From contig OZ242318.1 of the NCBI GenBank assembly GCA_965208105.1, positions 1,184,001 to 1,248,000 on the forward strand: DNA of 64,000 nt, read 5' to 3'. This document shows, one piece after another, positions 18,745 through 29,079 of the stretch. The stretch is from Candidatus Latescibacterota bacterium. Lineage in GTDB: Bacteria; Latescibacterota; UBA2968; UBA8231. A program made the position numbers and the translations under genes. The notes under the pieces are model-generated. The model was not told the origin of the DNA, made no database searches, and saw only the letters and a program-made list of their open reading frames with translations. Position 1 is the first letter of the stretch. Each line of letters opens with the position of its first letter.

Positions 18745-20031
18745 CTACCACGAGTCGACGCCGGCGAGCTTGCGGCCCAGGGGGGTGAGCCTGGCCTCCT
18801 CCACGTCCAGCTCCAGGCCGAACTCGGCGTGCATGAGCTGCGCCACGTCCCATTCGTTCCAGATGCGGCGGTCGTCGCGGCCGTAGGCCTCCCCGCCGCT
18901 GATTGTATTCGGCCAGTGGTGCTCGTTCCAGACGCTGCGGTCGCCGAAGTCGAAGGCGGCCGGAGTGCGGAGCAGGAGCTCGGGCAGGCGGGCAAGCTGG
19001 GCTGGGCTCAGCCGCGGCTCGTGCTGCGGCGCCGGGATCCGCTGGATCGATGCGGCCAGGCCCTCCTCGATGCGCGCCACCACGGGAAGGCCTTCCTGGC
19101 GGGCGTAGGAGTGGTGAACCTCGACGGTGGTCTCGTCCACGAACTCGACCAGGGACTTTCTCAGGATGACCTCGCGGCCCTGCGAACGCACCCGCCAGCC
19201 CGGGTAGGTGGGATGCTCTCCCAGGTTGGCCTCGATGCGCGCGTGGGCCAGGTCGCTGCCGCGATGCCGCCGCAGCCAGCGCTCGACGCCGGCCTCCCGC
19301 ACTCCCAGGGCGTCGGCGATCACCGCCTGGTAGGTCCGCGCCAGCGGCAGGACCCCGCTGCCCGGACCGGCGCCGGCGGGGTGCATGAGAATGTACTGGG
19401 CCAGGCGCGGGCGCTTCGAGGTGTTGCGCCCATTGCCGTGCAGCAGGGCGCCGTGCCAGATGAGCAGGTCGCCGGCCTTGCCGGGAATGGGCACGATATC
19501 GAGCCCGGTGGCATCCGGAGTCTTCGGATGGCGGTCCGGCGGCTGGGTCTCGGCCCACTCCTCGAGCTTGCGGTGGAAGCCCGGAACGCACTGAAACCCG
19601 CCCTGGTCCGCCGCCGTGTCGGTCAGGTAGAGCACCCCCTGCACCCTGAGCGGAATGGGGCGAATGGTGGAATCCATGTCCCAGTGGATGAAGCCCTCGT
19701 ACTCCCACCGGGGACTTACGGGGGGACTCACCGCCACCCGGTCCCGGGAGACGATGAGCTCCTCGGTGCCCAGGAGCTCGGCGAAGGCGGCGTGAACCCG
19801 CGGCGCCTGGCGGTTATCCCAGAGGGCCTGATGGACCGTCAGGTTCACCAGCCCCGCACCGGAGAACTGCACCAGGTCGTAGCATTCCTCGGGGTTCGTG
19901 CAGTCCTTGCCGGTGAATGCCTGCACCGCCTCGAGGACGGCGTCGAGGTTTTCCGGGGGGACCGCATCGGGGATGACGACGTAGCCGTTCTCCTCCCAGA
20001 ACTCGCAGTCGCTGGAACTCAGCGCACCCAT
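18745..20031 (-). CDS. PhyH-family Fe(II)/2-oxoglutarate dioxygenase with ~200 aa C-terminal extension
   Basis: FWEENGYVVI, HWD, GGFQCVPGFH, KAGDLLIWH..LLHG. Confidence 0.85.
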   Translation of the reverse strand: MGALSSSDCEFWEENGYVVIPDAVPPENLDAVLEAVQAFTGKDCTNPEECYDLVQFSGAGLVNLTVHQALWDNRQAPRVHAAFAELLGTEELIVSRDRVAVSPPVSPRWEYEGFIHWDMDSTIRPIPLRVQGVLYLTDTAADQGGFQCVPGFHRKLEEWAETQPPDRHPKTPDATGLDIVPIPGKAGDLLIWHGALLHGNGRNTSKRPRLAQYILMHPAGAGPGSGVLPLARTYQAVIADALGVREAGVERWLRRHRGSDLAHARIEANLGEHPTYPGWRVRSQGREVILRKSLVEFVDETTVEVHHSYARQEGLPVVARIEEGLAASIQRIPAPQHEPRLSPAQLARLPELLLRTPAAFDFGDRSVWNEHHWPNTISGGEAYGRDDRRIWNEWDVAQLMHAEFGLELDVEEARLTPLGRKLAGVDSW

Positions 20032-20122
20032 TGTTCTCTCCTTCGGATTCGGAACGCCCTTGCGCGGCGGGGCGCCCCCTCAGTCGGACCTGTCGGCGGC
20101 GGACGCGGCATTCCGGTTTCTC

Positions 20123-20920
20123 CTATGTCCACCGTTCGCAGCCGCGGAAGGCCATGTGGTCGCCGGCCACGTAGCGCGGGCTGGGCTGGTAGAGGTGGGT
20201 GTTGATTCCCGCGGCCGCTTCGCCGCGAAACAGGAATGCGCTGGGCCAGTCTTCCTGGACGATCCGGGTTGTGGCGGGGATGTACTGTATGGTACCGCCC
20301 CGGCGCCAGGAAGCGCTGCGGTTGGGTTCGGACCCGTGCACAAGCAGAGGGTGATGCACCGAGACGTCTCCGGGTTCGAGCTCCAGGTCCACCGCCCTGC
20401 CCGCATCGAGGACGGCGGGGTCAACCGGGTTGAGCAGGGTGTCGGCGTCCCTCCGCGGGGAATGTTGCTGAAGGCCCAGACGGTGGGACCCGGGGATGAC
20501 CCGGACGCAGCCGTTTGCCCGCGTCGAATGCGACACCGCAAACCAGACGGTGATGACTTCCATGGGTTCCAGGGGCCAGTAGTGGCCGTCCTGGTGCCAG
20601 TGGATCCCCTTGCCGGACCGGGGCGGCTTGGCGATGTAGTCGGCGGCGAAGAAGGCGATGTGCGGACCGACCAGGACCTGGGCGAGGTCGAGCAGGCGGT
20701 CGTCGCTGAGAAAGCGAACCCAGAACGGATCCCGGGCGATGAGCCAGTGCCCCAGTCCCTCCGGTTCCAGCTCGGGATGGCGCTCCATGAGCCAGTCGAT
20801 GTGGCGGTCCACCTCCCGGACCAGGGCAGGGTCCAGGACCGAGCGGACGACGGCGCACCCGTCGCGCGCGTAGGCGTCCTTCAGGCCGTCGAGCCGGCCT
20901 CGGTGGAACTCCCCGATCAT
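20123..20920 (-). CDS. PhyH-family dioxygenase
   Basis: WHQD, NGCVRVIPGSH, PGDVSVHH...VHGS. Confidence 0.92.
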   Translation of the reverse strand: MIGEFHRGRLDGLKDAYARDGCAVVRSVLDPALVREVDRHIDWLMERHPELEPEGLGHWLIARDPFWVRFLSDDRLLDLAQVLVGPHIAFFAADYIAKPPRSGKGIHWHQDGHYWPLEPMEVITVWFAVSHSTRANGCVRVIPGSHRLGLQQHSPRRDADTLLNPVDPAVLDAGRAVDLELEPGDVSVHHPLLVHGSEPNRSASWRRGGTIQYIPATTRIVQEDWPSAFLFRGEAAAGINTHLYQPSPRYVAGDHMAFRGCERWT

Positions 20921-20945
20921 CCGCTCTCCTCCATTCCCCCGGCGT

Positions 20946-21791
20946 TCATCCCTCGCTGAACCCGCGGCTCAGGCCCGTGTGCCGCTTGACCAAGTCCTTG
21001 AGTTCTCCCTTCTCCTTCATCGAGGCGAGCTCGATGGTGTCCGCGTCCAGCTCCAGCCCCCTGGCGCGGGCGTCTTCGAGGACCTGGTCCATGGCATCGC
21101 AGCAGTAGAACTGGGGCCGGTAGGAGTAGAACAGCATCACCCGCTCGCGGTCCTTCGGGAGCCAGGGCAAGGCCGCGTGATTGAGCCGCAGGGGCATGAT
21201 GATCATGTCTCCGGCGTTTGCGCACACGTTGATGAAGCCCTCCTTCTGGCGCTCCTCCGGATCGACGGGATAGGCGCCCTTCTCGTAGAACAGCTCGGGC
21301 GGATAAAGGAAGCTCGCCCGGTGGGATCCGGGCACCACGAGAAGGCCGCCGTCTCCCAGCCTCACCTCGGTCAGGTAGATGAAAAAGGCGGCCCAGTCGA
21401 TGTAGATTCGGCGGTTCACCACGTCCGTGTGGAACCTCGGCGCGTCCTCGTGTATCTCGCTCTTGATATCCTTGCGCAGATGGAAGTTGTGAAAGTCCTG
21501 ATCGCAGTTCTGGGTCATGAGGGTGCCGTCGGTGAGGCGCGGCATATTGTTGGTGATGTGGCATACATAGTCCAGCACTTTCGGCGAACAGGCGATTCTC
21601 TCCAGCACCTTGTCGTAGATGAAGGCGTTCCTGTACTTGTAGCCGTAGCCGGAGTCCTGCCTTAGGTCTCCATGGTCCCTGGCGATGCGCTCCGCACTTT
21701 CCAGCGCAAGGCCCAGGGTTTCGCCGTCGATGGCGTTTTCGACCTTGAGATAGCCCAGGGTATCGAACATGTACAATTCCTCTTCGGTCAT
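20946..21791 (-). CDS. PhyH-family dioxygenase (divergent)
   Basis: YMFDTLGYL, GGLLVVPGSH, AGDMII...LNHAALPW; start re-called to ATG 21791. Confidence 0.82.
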   Translation of the reverse strand: MTEEELYMFDTLGYLKVENAIDGETLGLALESAERIARDHGDLRQDSGYGYKYRNAFIYDKVLERIACSPKVLDYVCHITNNMPRLTDGTLMTQNCDQDFHNFHLRKDIKSEIHEDAPRFHTDVVNRRIYIDWAAFFIYLTEVRLGDGGLLVVPGSHRASFLYPPELFYEKGAYPVDPEERQKEGFINVCANAGDMIIMPLRLNHAALPWLPKDRERVMLFYSYRPQFYCCDAMDQVLEDARARGLELDADTIELASMKEKGELKDLVKRHTGLSRGFSEG

Positions 21792-21911
21792 ATCCCACCT
21801 GCTTTCAATTGGGTTGTGGTTGATACGTCCGCTGCACTCCGGTCGGGTGAACCGTCGAAAATTCCCGGCTTCCACTGACGCCGGCGGGGATTTTACCCTG
21901 GCCTGCGGCGC

Positions 21912-22880
21912 TCATGGGACCTCGAGGACCACCTTGCCGAAGGTCCGGTCGCCGGCGATGAGCCGGTGGGCTTCCTCGGTGCGGTCCATGGGGACGACGG
22001 CCTCGATCACCGGCCTGATGGCGCCCGCGGTGATGCGGGGCCAGACGCGGCGGCGCAACTCCGCGAGGATCTCCCCTTTCCGGGCGACGCTGCGCGCCCG
22101 CAAGGTCGAACCCATCAGCTTCAGGCGCCTGGCCATCAGCACCCCGATCGAGAAGGAGGCCTGAGCCCCGCCCATGGCGCCGATGAGCACCAGGCGGCCT
22201 TCGAGACCAAGGCACTCCAGATTGTCCGCCAGGTAAGGACCCCCAACCGGATCGAGGATGACGTCGAAGCCCTCTCCCCCGGTCCACTCCACCGCCCTGT
22301 CGGCGAAGCGCTCGCGGTGGCGGTTGCTGCCGCCGCTGGCGCCCAGGTCCAGGCAGCGGGCGATCTTGTCGTCGCTGCCGGCGGTGACGTAGCAGGGATT
22401 GCCGAACTCCCGGCACAACTGGATGGCGGCGGTGCCGACGCCGCTGGCTCCGGCGTGCAGCAGCGCCTTCTCCCCCTCTCTCAAACCAGCTTCCATGTAA
22501 AGGTTCAGGTAGGCGGTGGCAAAGACCTCGGGCAGGGCCGCGGCTTCGACCATGGAGAGACCCTCAGGAACCGGGAGCACCTGCGGCGCCGGGGCCACCG
22601 CCTTCTCGGCGTAGCCGCCGCCGGCGAGCAGGGCGCACACTTGATCACCAGGCCGCAGCCCCGCGACATCTTCTCCGACGGCCTCCACCACCCCGGCGCA
22701 TTCCAGGCCCAGTACCGCGCTGGCCCCGGGCGGAGGCGGGTAGGCGCCACGGCGCTGCAGCAGGTCGGCGCGGTTCACCGCGCTCGCCCGCACCGCAATC
22801 CCCACCTCGCCGGGACCGGGCCCATGGATCTCGCAGTCGGACCAGGTGAGCCTGTCTCCGTCGATCTGTATGGCTTTCAT
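21912..22880 (-). CDS. NAD(P)H-quinone oxidoreductase (PIG3/MDR family)
   Basis: VNRADLLQRRGAYPPPPGAS, LLAGGGYAE, HAGASGVGTA, GSTLRARS. Confidence 0.93.
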   Translation of the reverse strand: MKAIQIDGDRLTWSDCEIHGPGPGEVGIAVRASAVNRADLLQRRGAYPPPPGASAVLGLECAGVVEAVGEDVAGLRPGDQVCALLAGGGYAEKAVAPAPQVLPVPEGLSMVEAAALPEVFATAYLNLYMEAGLREGEKALLHAGASGVGTAAIQLCREFGNPCYVTAGSDDKIARCLDLGASGGSNRHRERFADRAVEWTGGEGFDVILDPVGGPYLADNLECLGLEGRLVLIGAMGGAQASFSIGVLMARRLKLMGSTLRARSVARKGEILAELRRRVWPRITAGAIRPVIEAVVPMDRTEEAHRLIAGDRTFGKVVLEVP

Positions 22881-23024
22881 GGCAGGGGCGGGTTTGCAGC
22901 TTCAACGGGAATGAGATTGCCGGGCCCAGAAAGGATACGCGATCAGCCATCCATGGGCAAGCCTCCGATGGCCCGGTTCCAGGGCAGCCGCGGCCAGCGG
23001 CGCGGCCTGGCTGCGGTCCGCAAG

Positions 23025-23053
23025 TTGACGCCCGGATTCTCCCTGCCTATTAT
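23025..23053 (+). promoter_or_regulatory. Putative sigma70 promoter for PhyH gene 23141
   Basis: TTGACG-17 nt-TATTAT. Confidence 0.6.
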
Positions 23054-23140
23054 CACCGCCGTCGCCCGGAGCTGGCCGGACCCCCGCCCTCGAGGGGCCG
23101 GGGACGATGCCCGGAGACACGGGCGCAAGGAGGAAATCTC

Positions 23141-23959
23141 ATGGCCTCGCGTTTGACTGCCGAGCAGGTGGAATCCTACCAGGAGGAGGGCTACCTGATA
23201 TACGACCAGCCGGTGTTTTCCCACGCCAGGTTCACCGCCCTCAAGGAGCACTGCGAGGCGCGCATGGCGGCATGGGAAGATGCCCTGGGCCGTCCCCTGC
23301 AGACCATCGACCGCTCCCACTTCATCGATCCCAAGCTGAACCAGTGGCTCCTGGCCGACGAGGTGCTCGATCTCGTCGAGCCCATCATCGGCCCGGACAT
23401 CGCCCTCTTCGCCAGCTCCTTCATGACCAAGTCCGCGGAGGTGGTGAAGCGCGCTCCCTGGCACGAGGACGCCTCCTACTGGGGCAAGCTCGCCCACCCC
23501 GTCGAAGCCTGCTCCGTATGGCTGGCCATCGATCCCTCGGTGAGCGAAAACGGCTGCATGCGGGTCATTCCCCGCTCCCACCGCCAGCGCAACCGCGAGC
23601 ACGTCTATCTGAGCGACGCCAGCGGGTCGCTGCTGAGCCGCGAGGTGAGGGCGGACGCCTTCGATGAATCAGAAGCGGTGGACTGCATTCTGGATTCCAA
23701 CACCTGCTCGCTGCACGACGCCTACCTGCTCCACGGCTCCAACGCCAACAACGGCACCATGCGCCGCTGCGGATTCCAGATGCGCTACATGCCGACGACG
23801 GTCAAAGCCAAGAGCTACAAGGGGCACTGCATGTACCTCGCCCGCGGCAGGGACCGCGCCGGCAACGAATACGGCGACCCCGACAAGGTGAACGAGGAAT
23901 TTCTGGCGGCCAATCCCGGGCAGCGGCTCCTGGCGGACATAGCCCGGGAGCTCGGCTGA
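23141..23959 (+). CDS. PhyH-family dioxygenase
   Basis: YQEEGY, PWHED, NGCMRVIPRSH, LLHGS; AAGGAGG RBS. Confidence 0.92.
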   Translation: MASRLTAEQVESYQEEGYLIYDQPVFSHARFTALKEHCEARMAAWEDALGRPLQTIDRSHFIDPKLNQWLLADEVLDLVEPIIGPDIALFASSFMTKSAEVVKRAPWHEDASYWGKLAHPVEACSVWLAIDPSVSENGCMRVIPRSHRQRNREHVYLSDASGSLLSREVRADAFDESEAVDCILDSNTCSLHDAYLLHGSNANNGTMRRCGFQMRYMPTTVKAKSYKGHCMYLARGRDRAGNEYGDPDKVNEEFLAANPGQRLLADIARELG

Positions 23960-23986
23960 AGCGCGCAGACGCCGGCAAACCCCGGC

Positions 23987-25966
23987 TCACCAGCGGTGCA
24001 GCCAGTGCGACACCCCCGGAAACCAGACCCGGTCCACCCCCCGCGCCAGGATGATCCCCAGCACGTAGCCCACCACCATTCCGTAGAACAGGGGCTTCCC
24101 CGCCGCGTAGATGCGCACTCCCCCGAAGCGCAGCAGGCCGAACTTGGCCATCCACACCACGAGCAGACTGAACCAGTAGAGCCAGGCGCCGATGGTGTAC
24201 TGAAATGCCAGCCCCACCGGATGGAGGGGGAACCAGTGGAAGCGCATGCGCAGGTAGGCCACCCCGGCGGCCTCGAAGAAACCCGTGAGCCACACCACCC
24301 ACTTGCCCGCCGAGGCCACCGTGGGACTGTTGATCAGGCGCACCATGGCGTCGAGGGTGCGGTCGTTGCCGCTCAGGCCGTGGATCATCATGGAATAGGC
24401 CTCGTAGATGGTGGTTCCGGCGACGGAGAGAAAGCCGGCGGCAAAGGCGACCATGACCGCCGCGGTTACCCACCCCGGCTGGCGCTCTATGGAGAAGATG
24501 CGCAGGTGGTGCACGATGGCGGGCCACCCCGGTATGCGCCCGCCCGACCCGAAGAAGACATTGCTGGTGAACATCTGGAAGCCCACCACCGAGCGCGGCG
24601 ACAGGTGGGTGGTGCCCGCCAGGTGGAGCATGAAGGACTCGCCCTTGAGATTGGGATCGTTGGGGATGAGGTAGGCGAACCCGGTGGCCGCCAGCAGCTT
24701 GACGGTGACGAAGTGGACCAGGGTGAAGAGCAGCAGCAGAACGAGGGCGAATACCAGGTTCGCGCCCAGGGCCACGACCCAGGCGGTGACGTAGGCTCCG
24801 GAGGCCGCCAGGCCGAAGAGCGCCCAGCGGTAGCGCCGGGTTTGGCGGGGGTCTCCCTCTCCGCTCAGGGCCTGCCGCCAGATGGCCGCGAGGTGCCGCC
24901 GCGCCAGCCATATGGACCACAGCGCCACGAAGATCAGGGCGCCGTAGCTTTCCATGTAGAGAATCTCGTGCACGCTCAGGGGGTTGTCATCGGCGCCGAC
25001 GGAGACTCCTATGCGGTTCATCGCCCATTCCTTGGGCAGGGTGAGCCAGTAGAACACTATGAGGCTGGCGAGAATGTCCAGGGGGCAGAGATAGGCGACG
25101 GCGAGGACCAGGGGGAGCAGGCGGATCACCAGGCCGCGGGCGATGTTCTCTCCCAGGTCCACCTTGTACTGTTCGAAGAAGATCCCCACCATGGGGAGCC
25201 CGGGCACGAAATAGGTGACGACGTTGTAGGCCGCGGGCAGGAAAACCACCGCCGCCCCGGCCCAGAACAACCGGGATCTGAATACCCTGGGGACGCGTCC
25301 GGGGCCGTCGCATCCGGCGCTCAGGTCCAGCGGCATCTGGGCGAGGGGATAGGTCAGCTTTTCCCTTTCGACCCACTGGCGGTGGAAGAGTACGAAGATG
25401 CAGAAGCCGAAGACGAGCATCCCCATGGACACCCCGAACCACTGCCCGACGGCGCCTGCCCAGCCGCTCCAGGGTATGCCGGCGTCGCGCTCCAGGCCGT
25501 ACCAGAACCCGTCGATGACCCTCGGTTCGGTGCTGGTGAACACGTGCCAGGGCAGGATGTCGAACAGGAGTTCCGCCCACTGGTTCTCGGGGCTGGCGGC
25601 GTGGGTGGGCATGGCGGCGAGCTTGGCCAGGTCCCACATCCAGCCGTTGGCGGGAATGGTGCCCACCACCCATCCGGTGGTGAATATGGTGAGCAGCTCG
25701 CCTCTGCGCAGGGCCAGCCGCGGTGAGAGGGTGCGGAGCAGGGAGTTGGCGAAGAGCCAGAAGACGAAGGAGATGAGCACCATCAACGGCAGCTGGGAGC
25801 TCACCGAAAGGTGGAGCAGGTGCACCACCAGGGCGAAGGAAAAGACTCCCAGGATGACGGCGCGCAGGGTGATCGCAGGCCCCCCCGGCGGGGCGTCGCC
25901 GGAGGGCCCCAGAGGCGCTCCCCCTGCATCTGCTGACTGGCGGCTGAGTGGAGTGTCCTGGCTCAT
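23987..25966 (-). CDS. Polytopic membrane protein, DUF6785/DUF6784-like putative transporter, paralogue 1
   Basis: Many hydrophobic helices; RQW.E.EKLTYPLAQMP, RLFWAG, HWFPLHPVG, GKPLFYG. Confidence 0.8.
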   Translation of the reverse strand: MSQDTPLSRQSADAGGAPLGPSGDAPPGGPAITLRAVILGVFSFALVVHLLHLSVSSQLPLMVLISFVFWLFANSLLRTLSPRLALRRGELLTIFTTGWVVGTIPANGWMWDLAKLAAMPTHAASPENQWAELLFDILPWHVFTSTEPRVIDGFWYGLERDAGIPWSGWAGAVGQWFGVSMGMLVFGFCIFVLFHRQWVEREKLTYPLAQMPLDLSAGCDGPGRVPRVFRSRLFWAGAAVVFLPAAYNVVTYFVPGLPMVGIFFEQYKVDLGENIARGLVIRLLPLVLAVAYLCPLDILASLIVFYWLTLPKEWAMNRIGVSVGADDNPLSVHEILYMESYGALIFVALWSIWLARRHLAAIWRQALSGEGDPRQTRRYRWALFGLAASGAYVTAWVVALGANLVFALVLLLLFTLVHFVTVKLLAATGFAYLIPNDPNLKGESFMLHLAGTTHLSPRSVVGFQMFTSNVFFGSGGRIPGWPAIVHHLRIFSIERQPGWVTAAVMVAFAAGFLSVAGTTIYEAYSMMIHGLSGNDRTLDAMVRLINSPTVASAGKWVVWLTGFFEAAGVAYLRMRFHWFPLHPVGLAFQYTIGAWLYWFSLLVVWMAKFGLLRFGGVRIYAAGKPLFYGMVVGYVLGIILARGVDRVWFPGVSHWLHRW

Positions 25967-26115
25967 TCAGGATGCGGGCTGCAGAAGCCTTGCCGGAGCG
26001 GGCGGTGCCCGGCCGGTTGCGGCGGTGGCGGGTGCCCCGGTCCCGGACCTCCAGGCGATGGAAATGCCGCGGACCGGGGAATGGAGGGGGATTTCCGCGA
26101 AAAGGCTCCCGGTGG

Positions 26116-29079
26116 TCAGAGCACCCGGCCGAATTCGGTGAAGCCGATCAGGTTGCGCACGAAGAACGACCAACCGTCGAAGTTCCTGAAACTCTGGTAG
26201 CGGTCGTCCCAGTCCAGCTTTTCCCGCTGCAGGCCCACGATGGTCTGCATGTCGTAGCCGAAGTAGCGCGAGCTGTTGGTCAGGGTGATCACCGCGGTGC
26301 GCTGCTCCAGGCTGTTGCGCTTCTCGGTGCGGTCGTCGAGGCGGTAGGGCAGCGGACCCCAGCCCTGCACACCCACCTGCAGCGCGCTGCGGCTCATCAG
26401 CAGGTACCTCAGCTTGAGGATGGGGATAATCCGGGACTCCGAGCGCAGGACGCTTCCCGACCCCTGGTCCGCCAGCCGCAGAATCAGGAACTTGAGCTGC
26501 GGATTCAGGCTGAATTTCCCCCAGTGCAGGCCGTAGTCCACCTGGCTCACCCAGGTCCGGAAGTCCAGCCGCCGCTGGCGCTGAAAAAGCCCGTTTGCCA
26601 GCCGGCCGCCCTGCTGCCAGTTCAGCCGCAGCCGCAGCTTCTGCACCAGGTGCAGTCCCGCAAATGGCCGGAACCGGCCCTCCAGGTAGGTCTCGTTGAC
26701 GTAGCTGTCCTGGTAGCCGAGCAGGTCCGGGCGCACCCTCAGAATCCCCCCCAGGCGCCGCACGGCTCCCTCGAATTGCTGCGTATAGGCGTCTATTCCC
26801 TCGAACCCGCCCAGCACGTATTCGTTGAACTCGTCGGGGATGTCGTCCTCCACGCGGCGGAACTGGTTCTCGATGAAGAGCCGCCGCACCCGCATGACCC
26901 CTTCCCTCCTGTAGTTCACCAGGGCATAGGTGGAGCGGTTGCGCCCCCCGCCTGACATACCTGCCACGGCGTATCGGCCCAGGGCAAGGGAACCGTGGCG
27001 CCCCAGGTTCAGCTGCCCGAAAAGGTGGAAGCCGCGCTGGTCCGCGTCGTAGGGGTAGTCGGCCGCCCAATCGTCCTCGCGGTGGTCGGGCTCGTCGTTG
27101 TTGTTGCGGTCGAGGCCATAGGCGTAGTCGTTGGGCTCCACCGCATACATAAGGAAGGTCTCCTCGTAGTCGGGGATGCCGTTGAAGTTCTGGTCCGTGT
27201 CCACCTGGCCGTCGCGGTCCTCGTCCTGCCCCGGGAACACTCCATCCCCTTCCCGCCCCCTCACCTGCGGACTGCCGAGAACATTGCCCAGGAGAACGTC
27301 GGGCCAGCGGTCCCCGTCCTCGTTGTCCTGCACCAGGCGCCAGATGACCGACTCGTTGGCGAGGTTGGTCATCACCCCGTAGGCGCGGTCCGAGCGGTAG
27401 CCGTGATCCTTGGCAAGATAGGTCTCCATCTCGGTGGTGAAGTCCGGATTCATGGAGAAGAACTCCGCCCCCAGCCTGCCGCGCCCGAAGCGGTGCAGCG
27501 CATTGACGAAGTAGGCCGAGCCTCCATGGCCGAAGCGCGGACTGCGGTCGATCAGAGGCTGCTCTCCCGCGCGGGCGGGGAAGCGCCCGTAGATGGTCGA
27601 GCGCGCGTACTCACCGCTCACCTCCAGCCATGGCAGCAGGAGGTTCATGTCGGCGCTGTAGGTGAAGATCGCCGTATTCTCCCCCACCTCGAACCGCACC
27701 TTCCGCAGGTTCGAGCCGTCCTCGACCCGGCCCCTGGACCGCAGCGCCTGGCGGAAGAAGGTGCTGCGAAAGCGCTGCTCGAACTTGGGCGCTCCGGCGT
27801 TTCCGGGATACACGTAGACGCCCGCCCACTCCAACCGGTAGTCGTCGCCGACCAGGGCCTCCACTTCAACCGACTCGACGAGGGGTTCCTCCTGGAGATC
27901 GAAAAGGAAGATCAGCTGATCGGGACCGTCGGCGCGCAGAATGCCCTCGGAGGTCTCGAGGGCGAAATTGGCCACCAGCCCCTCCAGGTGGGTATCGCCG
28001 CTCACGTCCGCTCCGGCCTCGTGGGCGAGGCGGTAGAGATAGTCGGCGAAGAGGGGGATCTCCCGTCCCCGATAGTAGCCCGGGGGACCGGCGAGGCTGG
28101 TGTAGTAGACCGGAAGGAAATTACCCGAGCCCGAGAGGGTGCGCCCCACCTGGGAGGGAGCGCCGGCGCGGTGGCGGATAACCCGGGGCTGCAGGTCCGG
28201 GCGGGGATGGCCGTTGACCACCAGGCCAACCTCCTGGACGCTGGCGCCGCCGAGGCCGTCCTCCGGCGCGTCGTCCGAGACGCGCACGATGAGCCACTCG
28301 AAGAGCGGCTGGTCCAGCCGCAGCATGCCCCTGGCGCTGTTGCCGGGCTGGGTGCTGTTGTAGGCGTGCAGGTTCGCCCCGTTCACCCCCAGGCTGAGGC
28401 GGCCCAGGTCGACCTGGGCGCGGGCACCCACCAGCATGGTCGAATGGTCGACCTCGATCTGGCCCACATTCTCGGCGGGCTGGTAGGTCTCCCGGTTGGG
28501 GCGCGCGATGCGCGATCCCACCCCGGTGAACTTGACGTAGGGCGTCGACAGATCCAGGCGCAGGCCGTTCAGATCGGTCTTCGACAAGGTCAGCGGACTG
28601 AAGCGGGCCAGCAGACCGTCCCCCGTCAGGATACTGTAGCCCCACCCGCCATAGCCGTCCCGCGCCACCGCCACGTTCGAGAACACCAGGTGCCAGGCCG
28701 ACCAGTCCTTGAAGAGCTCGCTGCCCCAGCGCTGTTCCGGCTGGCGCCGCTCGATCCAGTAGTACAGGTCGTATGCCGTGCTGAGATAGTTCCCCATGGG
28801 ATCGTAGATGTCCCGCTGGCGGTCGATCCCGAGGGCCACGCCACCCCCCTGCTGCGATCCCACCGTGCGCACCGACCAGGTGTGATCCGGGTACTGCTGG
28901 AAAGGATCGTAGACGAAGTTCCTGTAAGCCGGACGCTCGTAGCGCAGAAAAGGCCGGGATGCCACCACCTCGGAAACGGCGGGATGCTCCCCATCCTCCG
29001 CATCTGCCGCCGACAGCGGCAGCAGCGCTGCGGCGAGCACCGCCAAGACCGGTTTTCTGTGACGAGTTCGCCAGTCCAT
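26116..29079 (-). CDS. Large exported putative outer-membrane beta-barrel protein, paralogue 2
   Basis: Signal peptide (..VLAVLAAALLPLSAADA); QDEDRDGQVD/LDRNNNDEPD block; ends FFVRNLIGFTEFGRVL; start may be 29091. Confidence 0.65.
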   Translation of the reverse strand: MDWRTRHRKPVLAVLAAALLPLSAADAEDGEHPAVSEVVASRPFLRYERPAYRNFVYDPFQQYPDHTWSVRTVGSQQGGGVALGIDRQRDIYDPMGNYLSTAYDLYYWIERRQPEQRWGSELFKDWSAWHLVFSNVAVARDGYGGWGYSILTGDGLLARFSPLTLSKTDLNGLRLDLSTPYVKFTGVGSRIARPNRETYQPAENVGQIEVDHSTMLVGARAQVDLGRLSLGVNGANLHAYNSTQPGNSARGMLRLDQPLFEWLIVRVSDDAPEDGLGGASVQEVGLVVNGHPRPDLQPRVIRHRAGAPSQVGRTLSGSGNFLPVYYTSLAGPPGYYRGREIPLFADYLYRLAHEAGADVSGDTHLEGLVANFALETSEGILRADGPDQLIFLFDLQEEPLVESVEVEALVGDDYRLEWAGVYVYPGNAGAPKFEQRFRSTFFRQALRSRGRVEDGSNLRKVRFEVGENTAIFTYSADMNLLLPWLEVSGEYARSTIYGRFPARAGEQPLIDRSPRFGHGGSAYFVNALHRFGRGRLGAEFFSMNPDFTTEMETYLAKDHGYRSDRAYGVMTNLANESVIWRLVQDNEDGDRWPDVLLGNVLGSPQVRGREGDGVFPGQDEDRDGQVDTDQNFNGIPDYEETFLMYAVEPNDYAYGLDRNNNDEPDHREDDWAADYPYDADQRGFHLFGQLNLGRHGSLALGRYAVAGMSGGGRNRSTYALVNYRREGVMRVRRLFIENQFRRVEDDIPDEFNEYVLGGFEGIDAYTQQFEGAVRRLGGILRVRPDLLGYQDSYVNETYLEGRFRPFAGLHLVQKLRLRLNWQQGGRLANGLFQRQRRLDFRTWVSQVDYGLHWGKFSLNPQLKFLILRLADQGSGSVLRSESRIIPILKLRYLLMSRSALQVGVQGWGPLPYRLDDRTEKRNSLEQRTAVITLTNSSRYFGYDMQTIVGLQREKLDWDDRYQSFRNFDGWSFFVRNLIGFTEFGRVL

